Source: Eledone cirrhosa
Taxonomy: Eukaryota
Direction: 5' to 3'
NCBI GenBank assembly: GCA_964016885.1
Contig: OZ024755.1
Span: forward strand, 13,330,001 to 13,394,000
DNA length: 64,000 bases
Part shown: piece after piece, positions 1-12,264 of the stretch
Layout: each line of letters starts with the position of its first letter
Numbering within the stretch: position 1 is the first letter of the stretch
Position numbers and translations under genes: made by a program
The notes under the pieces: generated by a model
What the model saw: only the letters and a program-made list of their open reading frames with translations
Database searches by the model: none
What the model was told of the DNA's origin: nothing

Positions 1-139
1 ATATATATATGTGTGTGTGTATATATATATATGTGTGTGTGTATATATATATATGTGTGTGTGTGTATATATATATATGTGTGTGTGTGTATATATATAT
101 GTGTGTGTGTGTATATATATATGTGTGTGTGTATATATA

Positions 140-187
<48 letters not shown>

Positions 188-188
<1 letters not shown>

Positions 189-290
189 TGAGTTGGCAAG
201 AAAGTAATTTCGTTTTTTGCAAATAGAACAACAACATGGAAAATATATAATTGATTAAAAAAACCAAAATTACTTTCTTGTCAACCCATT
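188..290. mobile_element. mariner-like MITE
   Basis: imperfect TIRs ttgagttggcaagaaagtaatt / aattactttcttgtcaaccca, inserted at the end of a TA tract. Confidence 0.65.
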
Positions 291-420
291 GTATATTTTT
301 TTTCCTCCAAAGTGGCTGAATGAATATATACATGCTTTTTCTCAAATACTTCTTTCTTCCACTCCTTCTTCTTCTCACTCTTTATCTTTCTATTTCATCT
401 TTTATTTCTCATTCTATCTT

Positions 421-446
421 CTAATGAAGGAATAGTGTCCGAAACA
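421..446 (+). ncRNA. degenerate minimal hammerhead core (family of 54653-54691)
   Basis: CUAAUGA-a GGA auagug UCC-GAAAC; core G5 mutated to A. Confidence 0.4.
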
Positions 447-666
447 TACTCTTTCCCTATGAAGCGTTAAACTTATATATTTCTTCATTGTTTTGTGTTG
501 TTTGCTTTGTTGTTTCCATTTACTTTTTGTATATATATTATTTATTAAAATAGCAGATTAAATTTGCTCTAGGGGTCTTATATATTTGATATATATTTAT
601 CCTTATTGAGCTCTCTTTGGATTTTAGTCTTCAAATTTATTATTATTACTATATATATATATATAA

Positions 667-1656
667 TCTCTCTATATATATAAAACAGAGGATGTCTGTC
701 TGTCTGTGTAAATCCCTAAAACTCGAGAAGTACCTGACCGATTTTTTTGAAACTTTACACATGCGTTACTTATATTTCTTGAAGTGCAATGGGCTGAACA
801 TTTTTTAACTTTTTCTACATTAGGCGAAAAACCGAATTTTTAAGACATTTTAAGGCTTTTTTGAGGCGTAACTTAAAGATAATCCAGCCGATTTCTTTGA
901 AATTTGCAGCACACATTAGTTAGTCCCCTTGCATTGCTGTGGACAAAAAAAAATTTCAGGTTCCATTAATGGTTTCTAGGAAATTTACGAATTAGCATTG
1001 CGCATTACATGTCATTTACATTTTCAGTATAAACGCTACTTAAACATCGTAAGTAGCGTATAATATTTCGTTAAAAATTTGGTTTATTTAACAGAGGACA
1101 CAACACTTACTTACTTTTAAGAAAATGAGGGGGACCTTAAAATTTTTGTTGCCGCCCTGTTGACGCTTTGTGCTTTCATCACGCGCACATCCGGGCCTTG
1201 TGTACGTTGCCGTGTTATTGACACCGTAAAACTCACGTCTGTGTTACTTCTATTAAGACCCCTTTTGTTGTACCTACACCACAGTATGAACGTTCCGCCA
1301 AACAGCAGTTGTGCTAATTCCGTGGTGACCCCTTTTGTCGCACCTTTGTTGCTAGAAAAGTACCTAACCGACTTTCACGAAAAGTACCTAACCGATTTTC
1401 TCCAAATAGAAGAAAAATCATACTCTAAGATTTAGTACGCTCAAAGAGTATCCAGCTGATTTTCTTCAGATTTTGCACATGCATGCAAATGTTTCACGAT
1501 TCGGGCCTGCTTGTGTTCTACGTTTCCAGTAGATGAACCATCATTCCCTGAGAATAAGGGATTTCAAAAAGTACACAGCTACATTCCTCAATCTTTGCAT
1601 ATGCATGTTGCTATTTCACATTTCCTACCCCGTGCAACGCCGGGTCCTGCTGCTAA
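667..1656 (+). mobile_element. non-autonomous Helitron
   Basis: 5' TC...tatataaaa end with a (tgtc)n run; 3' GC hairpin CCCGtgcaacgcCGGG followed by CTAA, between host A and T; internal repeats of agtacctaaccgattt. Confidence 0.75.
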
Positions 1657-1862
1657 TATAAAATAAATTCAAGAGTAAATGACATATATAGGAATATAGA
1701 TAACAATACACAGGAGATAATTATATATATATAAGAATATGTTGTTTATGTGTGTGAAAAGAATATATATATAAATATATAAATATAAAGAAAAGTTTAA
1801 TAAACCATTTTGAAACCACTAATGTAATTAATTAGTAAATAATTTCATGTTTTAATTTACAG

Positions 1863-1896
1863 ATGAATCTCAAAAGGCAAGTTGGACTGTTGCTAG
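1863..1896 (+). CDS. SNX14: SNX14 coding exon (PX domain; (D)ESQKASWTVAR); upstream exons lie outside the window
   Basis: tttacAG acceptor, GTatgg donor; joins the next exon to give WTVARRYQEF, matching recalled vertebrate SNX14 WSVYRRYLEF. Confidence 0.85.
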
Positions 1897-2887
1897 GTAT
1901 GGATACAATTTTAATTAAATAGCTTATATTTAGAAGGAATCATAAAATCCCCATTAATAGAATGTTCTTTAAACAAGTCTTACATTGAAAACTTTAACAG
2001 TTTATCTCAACATCTCATATATTTAGTGTGGCTTCTTTAATTTGATATTGACTCTCTGAGGAATTCATGGTGTTGTAGAAGGTTCTTAAAGAATGCAGTC
2101 TGCTCTGCGAACTAGTTTGAATTCCTTACTGGGAAGATGTTATTTTCTACTTTGAAACATTCCAGAAAGGCATGCAAATTACAAATTTCTGTTTTATTTT
2201 GTCTTAAATCTAAGCTTTATCTCTAATTAGAAATAGCTATTGTTAACTTTTCCCCAACTTTTAAATATTTAAAAAATATTTTTTAAATATTATTTTATAT
2301 TTGGCACAGAAATATGTTAGTGATGTTAAAGATAAATTGAATAAAAAAAAATAACCCATGCAAGCATGGAAAAATGCACATAAAAATGATGATGATAATG
2401 CAACTCTCTGCACTTTGAGTTCAAATCCTGCCTCTTTCTGTCAGGAATTTCAACCAGCAGATAGTATCAGCAATAGCAAGATCAATAGAAACTTTGTTTC
2501 ATTGATCTGATCTGATAATTGGTTCCTTTCCTTTTTTTTTATCTTTTCCTATTATCTTCACATTATTACACTATCTTCTGTGAAGGGGTGTGGCTTAGTG
2601 GTTAGGGTATTCAGCTTGTGATCATAAGTATGTGAGTTCAATTCTCTTGTGTCCTTGAGTAAGATACTTTATTTGATGTATCTGTAATTCAAAGAGCTAG
2701 CTTTGTTACACTGTGTCATACAGAACCTCCCTGAGAATAACTGAATTACGGACACATGGGTGCACATATCTGTAGCATGCTCAGCTACTTGCATGTTAAT
2801 TGCATGGTTGTTCTATTATTTGAACATCTGTAGCACTCATCATTGTAATATTCCAACTATAACTGTAATATTCCAACTATATTTCAG

Positions 2888-2937
2888 ACGCTATCAAGAG
2901 TTTTATGTTCTAGAACAAAGACTGACAGAATTCCATG
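2888..2937 (+). CDS. SNX14: SNX14 coding exon (RRYQEFYVLEQRLTEFHG)
   Basis: tttcAG / GTaagt; near-identical to recalled SNX14 PX motif RRYLEFYVLESKLTEFHG. Confidence 0.95.
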
Positions 2938-3583
2938 GTAAGTAATTTACTGTAAGCTTTGCAGAAGTGGATGAAGAGAATGTTGACACATTGTAGTTAA
3001 AGTTTCTCAGTTTAAAACACACTGAAAGGTTGTTCAAATATGAAAAATAGATGTTAAACAGTGATGATGATAGTAATGGTGGTAATGATGATGATGATGA
3101 TGATGGAGATTATGATGGGGCTGATGGTGATGGAGTATGATGATGATGAAGGCGATGATAATAATGATGGAGATGATGATGAAGAAGAAAATGATGATGA
3201 TGAGGAGGAGGAAGAGTTTGAAGGAAGCAACAGTGCTTGTGGCCTTCACAGGCACTTCCAGAGAAATTGAAGCCATTAATGGGAGCTGCTTAAACTCCTT
3301 TCAGAAAGACATGAGCAGAAAGGGACTTTTAAGGGATTGACATTCTAACTATGAAGGATTGAGTATAGTGGTTCAATACATGGCCTGGGAGTTTGGATTT
3401 AATATAGGTGATGAGAATAGGAGAGATGAATATGTTGGTAGTGCCTGGGTGTAGGTACCATGAGACCAGCAAACTCTGAGTATCAGAAACTATTGTAGTA
3501 GTGGCAGATAAAGTAGAGGGAAGAGACATGTTTGCAGAGTATCATCTGTGAGTGACTTTATGCTGAACATATGTATCTGTTAT

Positions 3584-3890
3584 AGGCGGGAAATTGGCAG
3601 AGTTGTTAGAACATTGTACTCATTCCAGCTCTCTGAGTTCAAATCCCGCCAAGGTCAACTTTGTCTTCCATCCTTTCAAGGTTGATAAAAAAGTACCAGT
3701 CTAGTACTGGGGTCGATTCTTCCTCTATATCTCTTTCTCAGTTCCTCTCTCTCACTTTCTACCTTTCTCTGGAAGAAATCTGCTGTACTCAGGCCTGGAG
3801 AGGGGTGGGCTCTGCCAGGCTTAAAATGCCCAAGAAACACTGTGTCAATATGGCGCCCCCTACGATTCCATCAGGTGTTATGGGATCACA
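3584..3890 (+). mobile_element. tRNA-derived SINE (MetaSINE-like core); related copies near 11661-11920 and 36220-36600, many fragments elsewhere
   Basis: B-box gagttcaaatccc followed by gcctttcatcctttcxxggtcgataaaataaagtaccag-like core, seen about 10 times on both strands; family label is from memory. Confidence 0.7.
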
Positions 3891-4156
3891 CAGACATACA
3901 TGTATCTGTTAGAAATACATGCACACACGCGCACATATACATCACATACACACACACATAAACAAGCACACAAACACACACACATTAGTTGAAAGAGATT
4001 ACAATGTTTCACTTTAAAATGTTCTTATTACATATTAACCATTACATATGTTTCACAGATGATTGGCTTGAGGTTTTTATCGATGTGATAGACCTGACTC
4101 CAGTATTGATCCACTCATCAAATCAAAATGAGATGAAAATGTTTTGATTTCAATTC

Positions 4157-4254
4157 ACACATCTGATGAGCAGATCAATACTGGACTCATGTAGTCATGT
4201 ATATTACATTGATAAAGACCTTGAGCCAATCATCTGTGAAACATAAGTAATGGT
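4157..4254 (+). ncRNA. type I hammerhead motif with a long (about 55 nt) loop II
   Basis: CAU-CUGAUGA-GCAGAU...AUCUGU-GAAA-C auaa GUA-AUG; the mirror copy on the minus strand of the left hairpin arm has palindromic GAAACAUAUGUA. Confidence 0.65.
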
Positions 4255-4443
4255 CAATATGTAATAAAAACATTTTAAAATGAAACTTCATTATCATATA
4301 CCTAATATATACAGTCATTCTGCTACAGCTCCAAGTAATTCACATAACCTAGACATACACACACACACACTTATATGTTTTATTATTTACTATAATGTGT
4401 AATGTTGTTGTTTGATATATAATATTTTGATATATGTCCTCAG

Positions 4444-4550
4444 GTGTCAATTACTTTTCTGCATGTCAATTACCACCAAAGAAATCTTTTGGTACAAAGA
4501 ACCAAGATTTCATGGAGAGTAAAAAAGAACAATTTGAACAGTATCTGCAA
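4444..4550 (+). CDS. SNX14: SNX14 coding exon (GVNYFSACQLPPKKSFGTKNQDFMESKKEQFEQYLQ)
   Basis: cctcAG / GTaagt; 107 nt fits phase 1 to 0; PX proline-rich loop and helix. Confidence 0.95.
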
Positions 4551-5743
4551 GTAAGTAACAAATAATATCTATGTATTTGTATTAGTAACTTAAGTTATAT
4601 GCTATATGCATATATAGCACATTATATATATACAAATTTAAGGACTCAAAACATATCAAATATGTTAGAATTTTGTGCTTCTCAATAAACAAGCTCAATA
4701 GACTTTATCCAGAGCAATAATAAATCATCAAATGTAAAAGATATATGTATATATATATAGAGAGAGAAAGAACCATGTATCTTGCAGAATACACAATATA
4801 TTGTATATATACTAAATACATATTACAGAGAGGAATATGTACTCTTGATAGAATCAGAGTACATATTCCTCTCTGTAATATGTATTTAGTATATATACAA
4901 TATATTGTGTATTTTCCAAGATATATGGTTCTTTCTCTCTTTATATATACATAGATCTTTTACATTTGATATATATATATCAAATGTATCAAGAGTTTTT
5001 GTAGACTAAATTAAGGAAAAAGAGCACTCTCTGTTAAATACAGTGCTAAAGTATATTATTATAAAGTATATTATTTTACATGATTTACTTAGGAGAAAGG
5101 CTTCTGTGAGTATTATCCTCAGACTGAGGAACTTGTCTGAATGTTTGTAACAGAGTGGACTCTGTTAAAAGTAACCAAAAGCTAGGTGATGGTGTTAAAC
5201 CAGGTGGTGGAATAAATCTATCCCTCATGTAGGCCACATTGAGATTATGAACTCTAAGTGCAACAAGCTGCAACAAACACGGCAAAGCATCTCAAACAGC
5301 TCTAACGATTTTACTAATTCCTTGGACTGGTACTTCATTTTATCAACCCTTAAAGGATGAAAGGACAAGTTAATCATGGCAGGGTTTGAACTTAGGGAAT
5401 TTGTCTTGCACCTTAACAACTCTGCCAATTCACTGCTTTAACTCTTAACATCATATAATGGTTTAGCAGAAACCATCTAAAAATGGGTTTGTTAATTCAA
5501 ACATTTGCAGTACTTTTACTAGTGAACAGATCCTTGTGAAAATTCTTAATATTAAAAGGAGGACATAAATTTCTGATGTGATATAGTCATAGGGCTGTTT
5601 TATAATTTTTCAAGACTGTCTTTGATAATGCAGTTTCATGTGGTACAAGATGTTAAGTGTGAAACAGAGCATTTAAGAAGCCCATAGAGAATGTATTTAC
5701 ATTTAACAGACTTTTTATAAATTCAGAATTTCAAACTGAAATA

Positions 5744-6069
5744 CAGTGGAACTTCAGTTCACAAACTTAATTCATTCTTAAAAGCCATTCATCACCCAAA
5801 ATGTACATAAACTGAAACTATTTTTCCCATATGAAATGTTGAGAGAGAGACTGTGTGTGAAAGATAGATAGATATCACCATAGTAACTTACTACACAGCA
5901 AGTGACGCTTACCCACCGATACTCTAAGCTTGTTGCCAACCACTGTTGCCAGCTTGCATGTTCATTACTCAAGACACCATTCATGAACTGAGATATTTTA
6001 TGTTCAGAAAAATTGTTTGTGAACCGATTTGTTTGTGATGAGAGATGTTCGTGAAGCGAGGTTCCATTG
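5744..6069. mobile_element. pogo/Tigger-like MITE
   Basis: TA|cagtggaacttcagttcac ... gtgaagcgaggttccattg|TA: imperfect TIRs with TA TSD. Confidence 0.7.
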
Positions 6070-6195
6070 TACTTATGAATGAATTTCTTCCCTATAATGT
6101 TTATTGCACCACTATATCTACTTTTTATGTTATTTCTGTTTAGTCAGTTGTCTGTGACATTTTATTGTATATATTTCTGTTTCTAATTAATGTAG

Positions 6196-6298
6196 AAACT
6201 TGTTGCCATCCCCCAGTTACGAGGAAGTGAGTTACTTTACAACTTTTTGACCTCAAAAGATGAATTAACTTCAAGTTTTCTACCAGACATCAATATTG
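6196..6298 (+). CDS. SNX14: SNX14 coding exon (KLVAIPQLRGSELLYNFLTSKDELTSSFLPDINIG)
   Basis: tgtAG / GTaaag; 103 nt, phase 0 to 1; matches recalled KLLQHPELSNSQLLADFLS...LPDVNLG. Confidence 0.93.
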
Positions 6299-6899
6299 GT
6301 AAAGATAACTTTTATGTTTTTCTTTTTGTCTCAATATTACTTGATCTATTGGTTATTAGGGAAATAAAAAAAAGCAAAATATGGGGAAAATGTTCGTTTT
6401 TGCACTCTGTGTTAAAATTGACACTGAACCAACATCTGTAAACAAAATTACGTGCAATTTGCTTTTAAAGTAGGCTAAAAGTAACGGCTATCAAATGTCA
6501 AAAAGAAAACTTTCTTACTAACCCAACATTTTATTACCGCATGTTTTTGCCTTTCCTGTATAAGATGCACCCATATTTTGAAGAAAAAGTTACGAGGAAA
6601 AATGTTTTACTCTTATTAAAAAGGATTAACTCTTTTGATATGAAACTGCCTCTGTTTAAAACCTTTTGTTTTAAAGTGTTTATATTTATCTAAAAATCTT
6701 CCACCATAATTCTGATCCACCTCTGTCACTCACACATGTGACTGATCCACTTAAGTCATTTCTACTTATGATTAATCCATCTTAGTCGCTGTCAGGTATT
6801 TGACAGAGCCAGATTCTCACCTCCAATTTATGTTGTAACATAAAATGTTCTTATATAAAATTATGCTGGAATGTTTTAATTTAAATAGGAACCCTTTAA

Positions 6900-7120
6900 C
6901 CCTTTATCATTTACATTACTCTATATATAGTATTGTATTTTTGTAGTAAAGGCTTTACCTTACATAATTATCTCACATAATATTGAATCTACAACATTTT
7001 GATGTTATTTATTTTGAGAACAATATGTTAACGTCAGTATGAGTGGCTAATTATGGCCAGATTGAACAGAAAGAGGTGAGAGAATTCTGGCCGTATACAG
7101 CTGGTTTAGATGGTAAAGGG
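6900..7120 (+). mobile_element. piggyBac-like MITE (about 220 bp), copy 1
   Basis: TTAA|ccctt...aaaggg|TTAg; homologous to 13942-14161 and 15287-15507. Confidence 0.7.
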
Positions 7121-8408
7121 TTAGAGTGTTTATATTTATTTAAAAATCATAATTTTATCTTAGAACTTTTGATAAATTATGTCCCAAACACTAACTTAAT
7201 AATGAAAAAGTTATATTTCTAATCTTTTCAAGTTCTTGAAAATCATAGATAATGTCTATTATTAGAAATATGGTGATGAAAGGGTAAAGAAGGATGGCTT
7301 TGTGGTTAAAAGGTTTTGCTTTGCAAACCCATGGTTTCAGGTTTGATCCCACTGCATGGCATCTTGGGCAAGTGTCTTCTATTATTGCTTTAGGCTGACT
7401 AATGCCTTGTGAGTGAAATTTGGTTTACAGAAACTGTGCGGAAGCCCATCGTATATACTAGAGTCAGCTGAAAATTTCATAGGCTGACTATGGAGGAGTT
7501 ATGCTAGAGCTGTGAAATTTTGCATGCATTCATTTGAACTCTTTTTATTAATAACTGCATTGTTTCTTTCTAGGGACTATGTTAAAAAATAAACCTCATT
7601 TTGTCATTCCATGAAAGTATCTTGTTCAGCTTTGTGTGAACGTTGACACCACTTTGGTGATGTTTGCTTATGTCTCACTATTTAGCATTTTAATGGGTGA
7701 AAATCGGCTGAAAAAATATCAGATTTAAAAATAAATTTGGGTTGGCATCAGGAAGGGTGTCTGGATGTAGTGTACTGCTTGGAGAAGTCTTATCCAACCT
7801 ATGCCAACATAGAAAATAAAGTAGCAGTCCATAGGTGGTGGATAAGCGGAATTGTTAAAGAATCAGACAGGATGCCCTGCAGTATCTGATCCATTTCTGC
7901 CAGGAGTTGTGACCAGCAGATACTATCAGTAATGAAAAGACCAATCGAACTATAATTGCCATGGTCAGATCTGACAGATCTTTTATTTTCTATTTGAAAT
8001 GCGTCATTTGTTTGTGAGAAGCACTTTCAGGCTTTATTCCAGTTTAAAGCTAAACATTTTACTACCTTCTGAGAGAGCTCTTGTAGCATGATATTACCAG
8101 GGAAATATAATATAACTGTTCTAAGATGACTTATTGTTCTTTAATGTTAGTTACAGATAATGATTTCTTTATTGGTTTACAGATAATACAATGTAATAAC
8201 ATGTGATTGGTAACAATGTCATTGTCATTTACAGCTGCAGACAAAACTATAAGTTTAATAGGATGTAAGGTGAATATCCATCTTTATTTGTTTGCTATGA
8301 ATGAGGCATTCATTGGTAGAAATAAAAGCCACAAGGAAACCATATATTTATTGCTTGATTAACTCTCTTGTTTGCTGAACTGAATTTTGACTGTTTTATT
8401 GCTTGCAG

Positions 8409-8449
8409 GAAAAATTGTCAAGTCTGTTCCAATGAAACTACTGAAAGAG
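8409..8449 (+). CDS. SNX14: SNX14 coding exon (GKIVKSVPMKLLKE)
   Basis: ttgcAG / GTaaga; matches recalled GKIIKSVPGKLMKE. Confidence 0.93.
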
Positions 8450-9312
8450 GTAAGATCTGACGCACTATCTATCATGTATTAAAGTCTGTAGTCAATATAA
8501 TAACACATTTTATGAATTGCTAGAGTCAATGTAATTTACAAAGCTATCACACTCTACTAAATGTAATTTATTACTTTCACTTTCAAATAATATACTATAA
8601 TCAAGAACAGCATCCAGTCATAGCATACTGCCTAAAAAAAGTCTTGTCCAACTCATGCTGACATGGAAAAGCAGATGTAAAAATGATGGTGATAGTGATG
8701 ATGGTGGTAAGGGTAGTGGTGGTGATAATAAACTTATCCTTTGGAAAAATAATTTCTTTTTTTTTTGTTAGAATGTGCACACTTTTACTTTCTTTTATTC
8801 CTTTATTGGTTTCAGTCATTAGACTACGACTATGATAAGGGGATTTAACCCCAGTACTTATTAATTTTTTTTGTCTGTTACATATTTTATCGATTTCTTT
8901 TTATCAAATTGCTAAGTCATGGGACATAGGCAAATGTAAACACACAAATGTAAACACACATACATGCACCTAGCCCACACTGTAAATGTGGTTGGTGTTA
9001 GGAAGGGCATCCAGCCATAGAAACCAAGCCAGAAATAGTTCTGTATGGGTAAGACACGATCATCTGATCTGAATTGGCCCACAATGGGACAACTCATCTA
9101 ATCCATGCTAGCATGGAAAAATGGATGTTTACTGGTGATGATGATGATAAGCATATGATGAGCTTTATCAGTTTCCGTTTACCAACTCACAAGTCATTAG
9201 TCAATCCGAGGCTATAAAAGAAGATACTTGCTCAAAGTGCCACACAGTGAGACTAAACTGGAAACCAACAACATTGTGAAGTGAACTCTTTACATGCTTG
9301 CACCCCTATATA

Positions 9313-9489
9313 TGAGGGTCGGCTGAACATTTTATAAGCTGACTAAGATACTATCATGGAATGACCAAATGAGGTTTATTTTTCCTGGAAGGAAACTACA
9401 GTTATTAATAAGAACAGTTAAAATTAATGCATGCAAGATTTCACACCTCTAGCATAACTCCTTCATATGAACTTTTCAGCCTACCCTCA
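9313..9489. mobile_element. mariner-like MITE; related fragments near 7455-7640 and 38565-38720
   Basis: TA|tgagggtcggctgaa ... ttcagcctaccctca|TA. Confidence 0.7.
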
Positions 9490-10204
9490 TATTTTTGTTT
9501 GTGTATAATATCATAGTTAAAGTAAAATGATATCCGTCAGACAATGTGCTTTGTGATATTTCTTCTGGTTCTTTGTGTTCTGAGTTCAAATCCTGCTGAG
9601 GCTAACTTTGTCTTTTATCCTCTGGGTTTGATGAAATAAAAGTACCAGTCAAGTACTGGGGTTGATTTAATTGACTTTCCCCTTCAACGAAAATTGCTGG
9701 TCTTGTGCCTATATTAAATACCACTGTAATTATTTTGTATATGTGAATGTTTGAAATGAATTATTGTAAAAATAATTTAATTTTCTGTTAAAATATAATG
9801 AAGCATAATTCTGCTTGAAAAATTAATAAAACTAGGAAATTTTAAATTATTTTAGTTTTATATTTTGTTCTATTTATTTGTTAATTACTTAAATTAAACA
9901 TAAGATAAATTAGTATACAGAAAAGCTATTCAAACTTAAATATAAAAGCACTTATTAATTATTAATGAATTAGAATTGAAAAACTATCACTGATGAGTGT
10001 TAATTAATAAATTGATTGTTATATAATTAACTGAAAGTTATAGCTGGCAGGGTTGATAGGATGGTTGTTTACCAGCTGAATGGTTGATGGCAATTTTTAT
10101 ATACATTACTGGAGCTGTATGTTGGTTTATGTACCATCACAGCTCAACCCTCATACTAAAGTATGAACACTGTTTTCCCTAACCGTATTTCATGTGACAT
10201 GTAC

Positions 10205-10832
10205 TACATAGGATGACTGTGTATGAAAGATGACAGCTGTATAAAAAAGTGCAGGGCGATCAAAATTGATGGAAGTTACGGAATAGGTAGACCCAGAAAA
10301 ACCTGGGATGACATGATGAAATTTGACCTTGCACACTTACACCTCTCTAAGGCAATGTCACTGGATCGAGACCTTTGGTGCTACGCAGTAATACAGACGA
10401 CCTGCCTTCTCCTATGTACGGAAGTTAAACCTATAGTCAGTAGGCACCTCTTAACCAAATATACACCCAACCCACTACCCCTACTCCATCCTCCCACTCC
10501 CACCAACACCACCCTTTCTCTGTAAAGTTATGTTGGTACCACAGAACATCTAGTCCACACTAAAGTGGTTGTGTAGGTGTCACGTCAAAAAGTGCCCAGT
10601 CCACGCTGTAAAGTGATTGTGTAGGAGACACAGTAAAAAGGCTCCCAGTCCACACTGTAAATCTGGTTGGTGTTAGGAAGGGCATCCAGCTGTAGAAAAC
10701 CTGCCAGATACAGTCCTATTTGAGCATGACATGGTCACCCGATCAATCTTGCCTCAAGAGGGACAGTTCCCGTCTAACTCATGCTAGCGTGGAAGATAGA
10801 CATTAAACGATGATGATGATGATGATGATGAT
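10205..10832 (+). mobile_element. RTE LINE 3' fragment
   Basis: [30 protein letters not shown], homologous to 43146-43337, plus 3'UTR and (GAT)n tail. Confidence 0.9.
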
Positions 10833-11281
10833 AAGCAATAATGTATTGATGTGTAAAATTTCATTGAAGAAGGAAAGATGCTATATATGCTATATAAACT
10901 GTACTGCATGAAACCATATTGCTAGACATTTTTGAAAAGTACAAAACAACACTGTGATTATTTCATATTTAAAATGAAAAGTCCTTATTTAGTTTACTGC
11001 AAATTTTCACAACTATTTGTCCACCAGTAAAAATACTACAAACATTTGAATTAACAAACCACATTAGCAAAACATTTTTGAAAAGTACAAATGGCACTAT
11101 GATTGCAACACAAAATAAAAATAAGATTTTTAAATCTAATGCTGCTAATTTTTAAGATGATCTGTCGACTGGTAAAAATACTTTAAATATTTGAATTAAC
11201 ATATTTAAAAATATGTTCTGCTATTACCGGATGTTAAGTGTTTAAAAATCTCTTAACCATTATGTTTCTATCTCTTTATAG

Positions 11282-11352
11282 CGAGGGCAGCATATTGATC
11301 CATTTTTACAATCATTTCTTCAATCAACAGAAGCTCCGAAGCCTCGACCTTG
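11282..11352 (+). CDS. SNX14: SNX14 coding exon (RGQHIDPFLQSFLQSTEAPKPRP)
   Basis: ctttatAG / GTaagt; matches recalled [23 protein letters not shown]. Confidence 0.93.
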
Positions 11353-12209
11353 GTAAGTTGCTTGACATAAATTATTTTCATACACTTTTCCTACCCCATC
11401 ATGTTGCTCATACTGCATTTCTGTTTAACCTCATATCCATTAACAACAACCAACATGTAACTACCACTGTCTTTCTGCAACCTTTCACATGCCATCATTT
11501 TAAAACAAAAAAAAGGGATACATTAGACAATGTGGGCCTAGATATACTAAGCCTGAAAATAATAAAAGCTCTGGTCTGCCAGTGCTGGTAAAGAGCTAAA
11601 GAACAACAACATCTGTCAAACATTTTCTAGGATTTCTTTTAACTTTAGTTAAGTAGCATGTAGGCAACAGATTGGCAGACTCCTTGCAACATCGGATAGA
11701 ATGTTTGTGGTATTCGTTTTGGCTCTCTTCTCTATGAGTTCAAATCCTGCCAAGCTCAACTTTGCCTTTCATTTTTTTGAGGTCAATAAAAATGTACCAG
11801 TCAAGTACTGAGGTTGATCTTCCTCTGTATCTATTTCTCACTTTCTCTCTCTCACTCTCTATCCTTCTCTGGAAGAAACCTGCTGTATTCAGACCTGGAG
11901 AGGAGATTGAATCTGCCAGTATGTATATATATATCTTGTTTATATATATATATATATAAACTCCTTAACATCCTGTAATGATATAGTAGAAAATATCTAA
12001 AAAGAGGTTTGCTAATTAAAATGTAAAAATGTGTTGTATTAGAATAAAGACTAATTTTTAACATAATGCAATCATTTGTATTTTTTTAAAGTGTCTTGCT
12101 AATGCGGTTTCATGTGGTACAGGACTTTGATAGGTAACACTACAAACTAGTGAGTACCTTTTTACTATATACATCGTTATTTAACCATATTTTTCTGTTC
12201 TTATTCTAG

Positions 12210-12264
12210 TCGGCTAGAGAGAAAAGGTTCTGATACATCACTGAAATCAGTTAGCAGTGAAAAG
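12210..12264 (+). CDS. SNX14: SNX14 coding exon (CRLERKGSDTSLKSVSSEK)
   Basis: ttctAG / GTaaat; 55 nt bridges phase 2 to 0 exactly; poorly conserved linker. Confidence 0.82.

Noticed and set aside
3061-3340. Acidic or Met-rich ORFs
   Set aside because: (GAT)n/(GAG)n repeat following an RTE tail; not compatible with the SNX14 exon chain.
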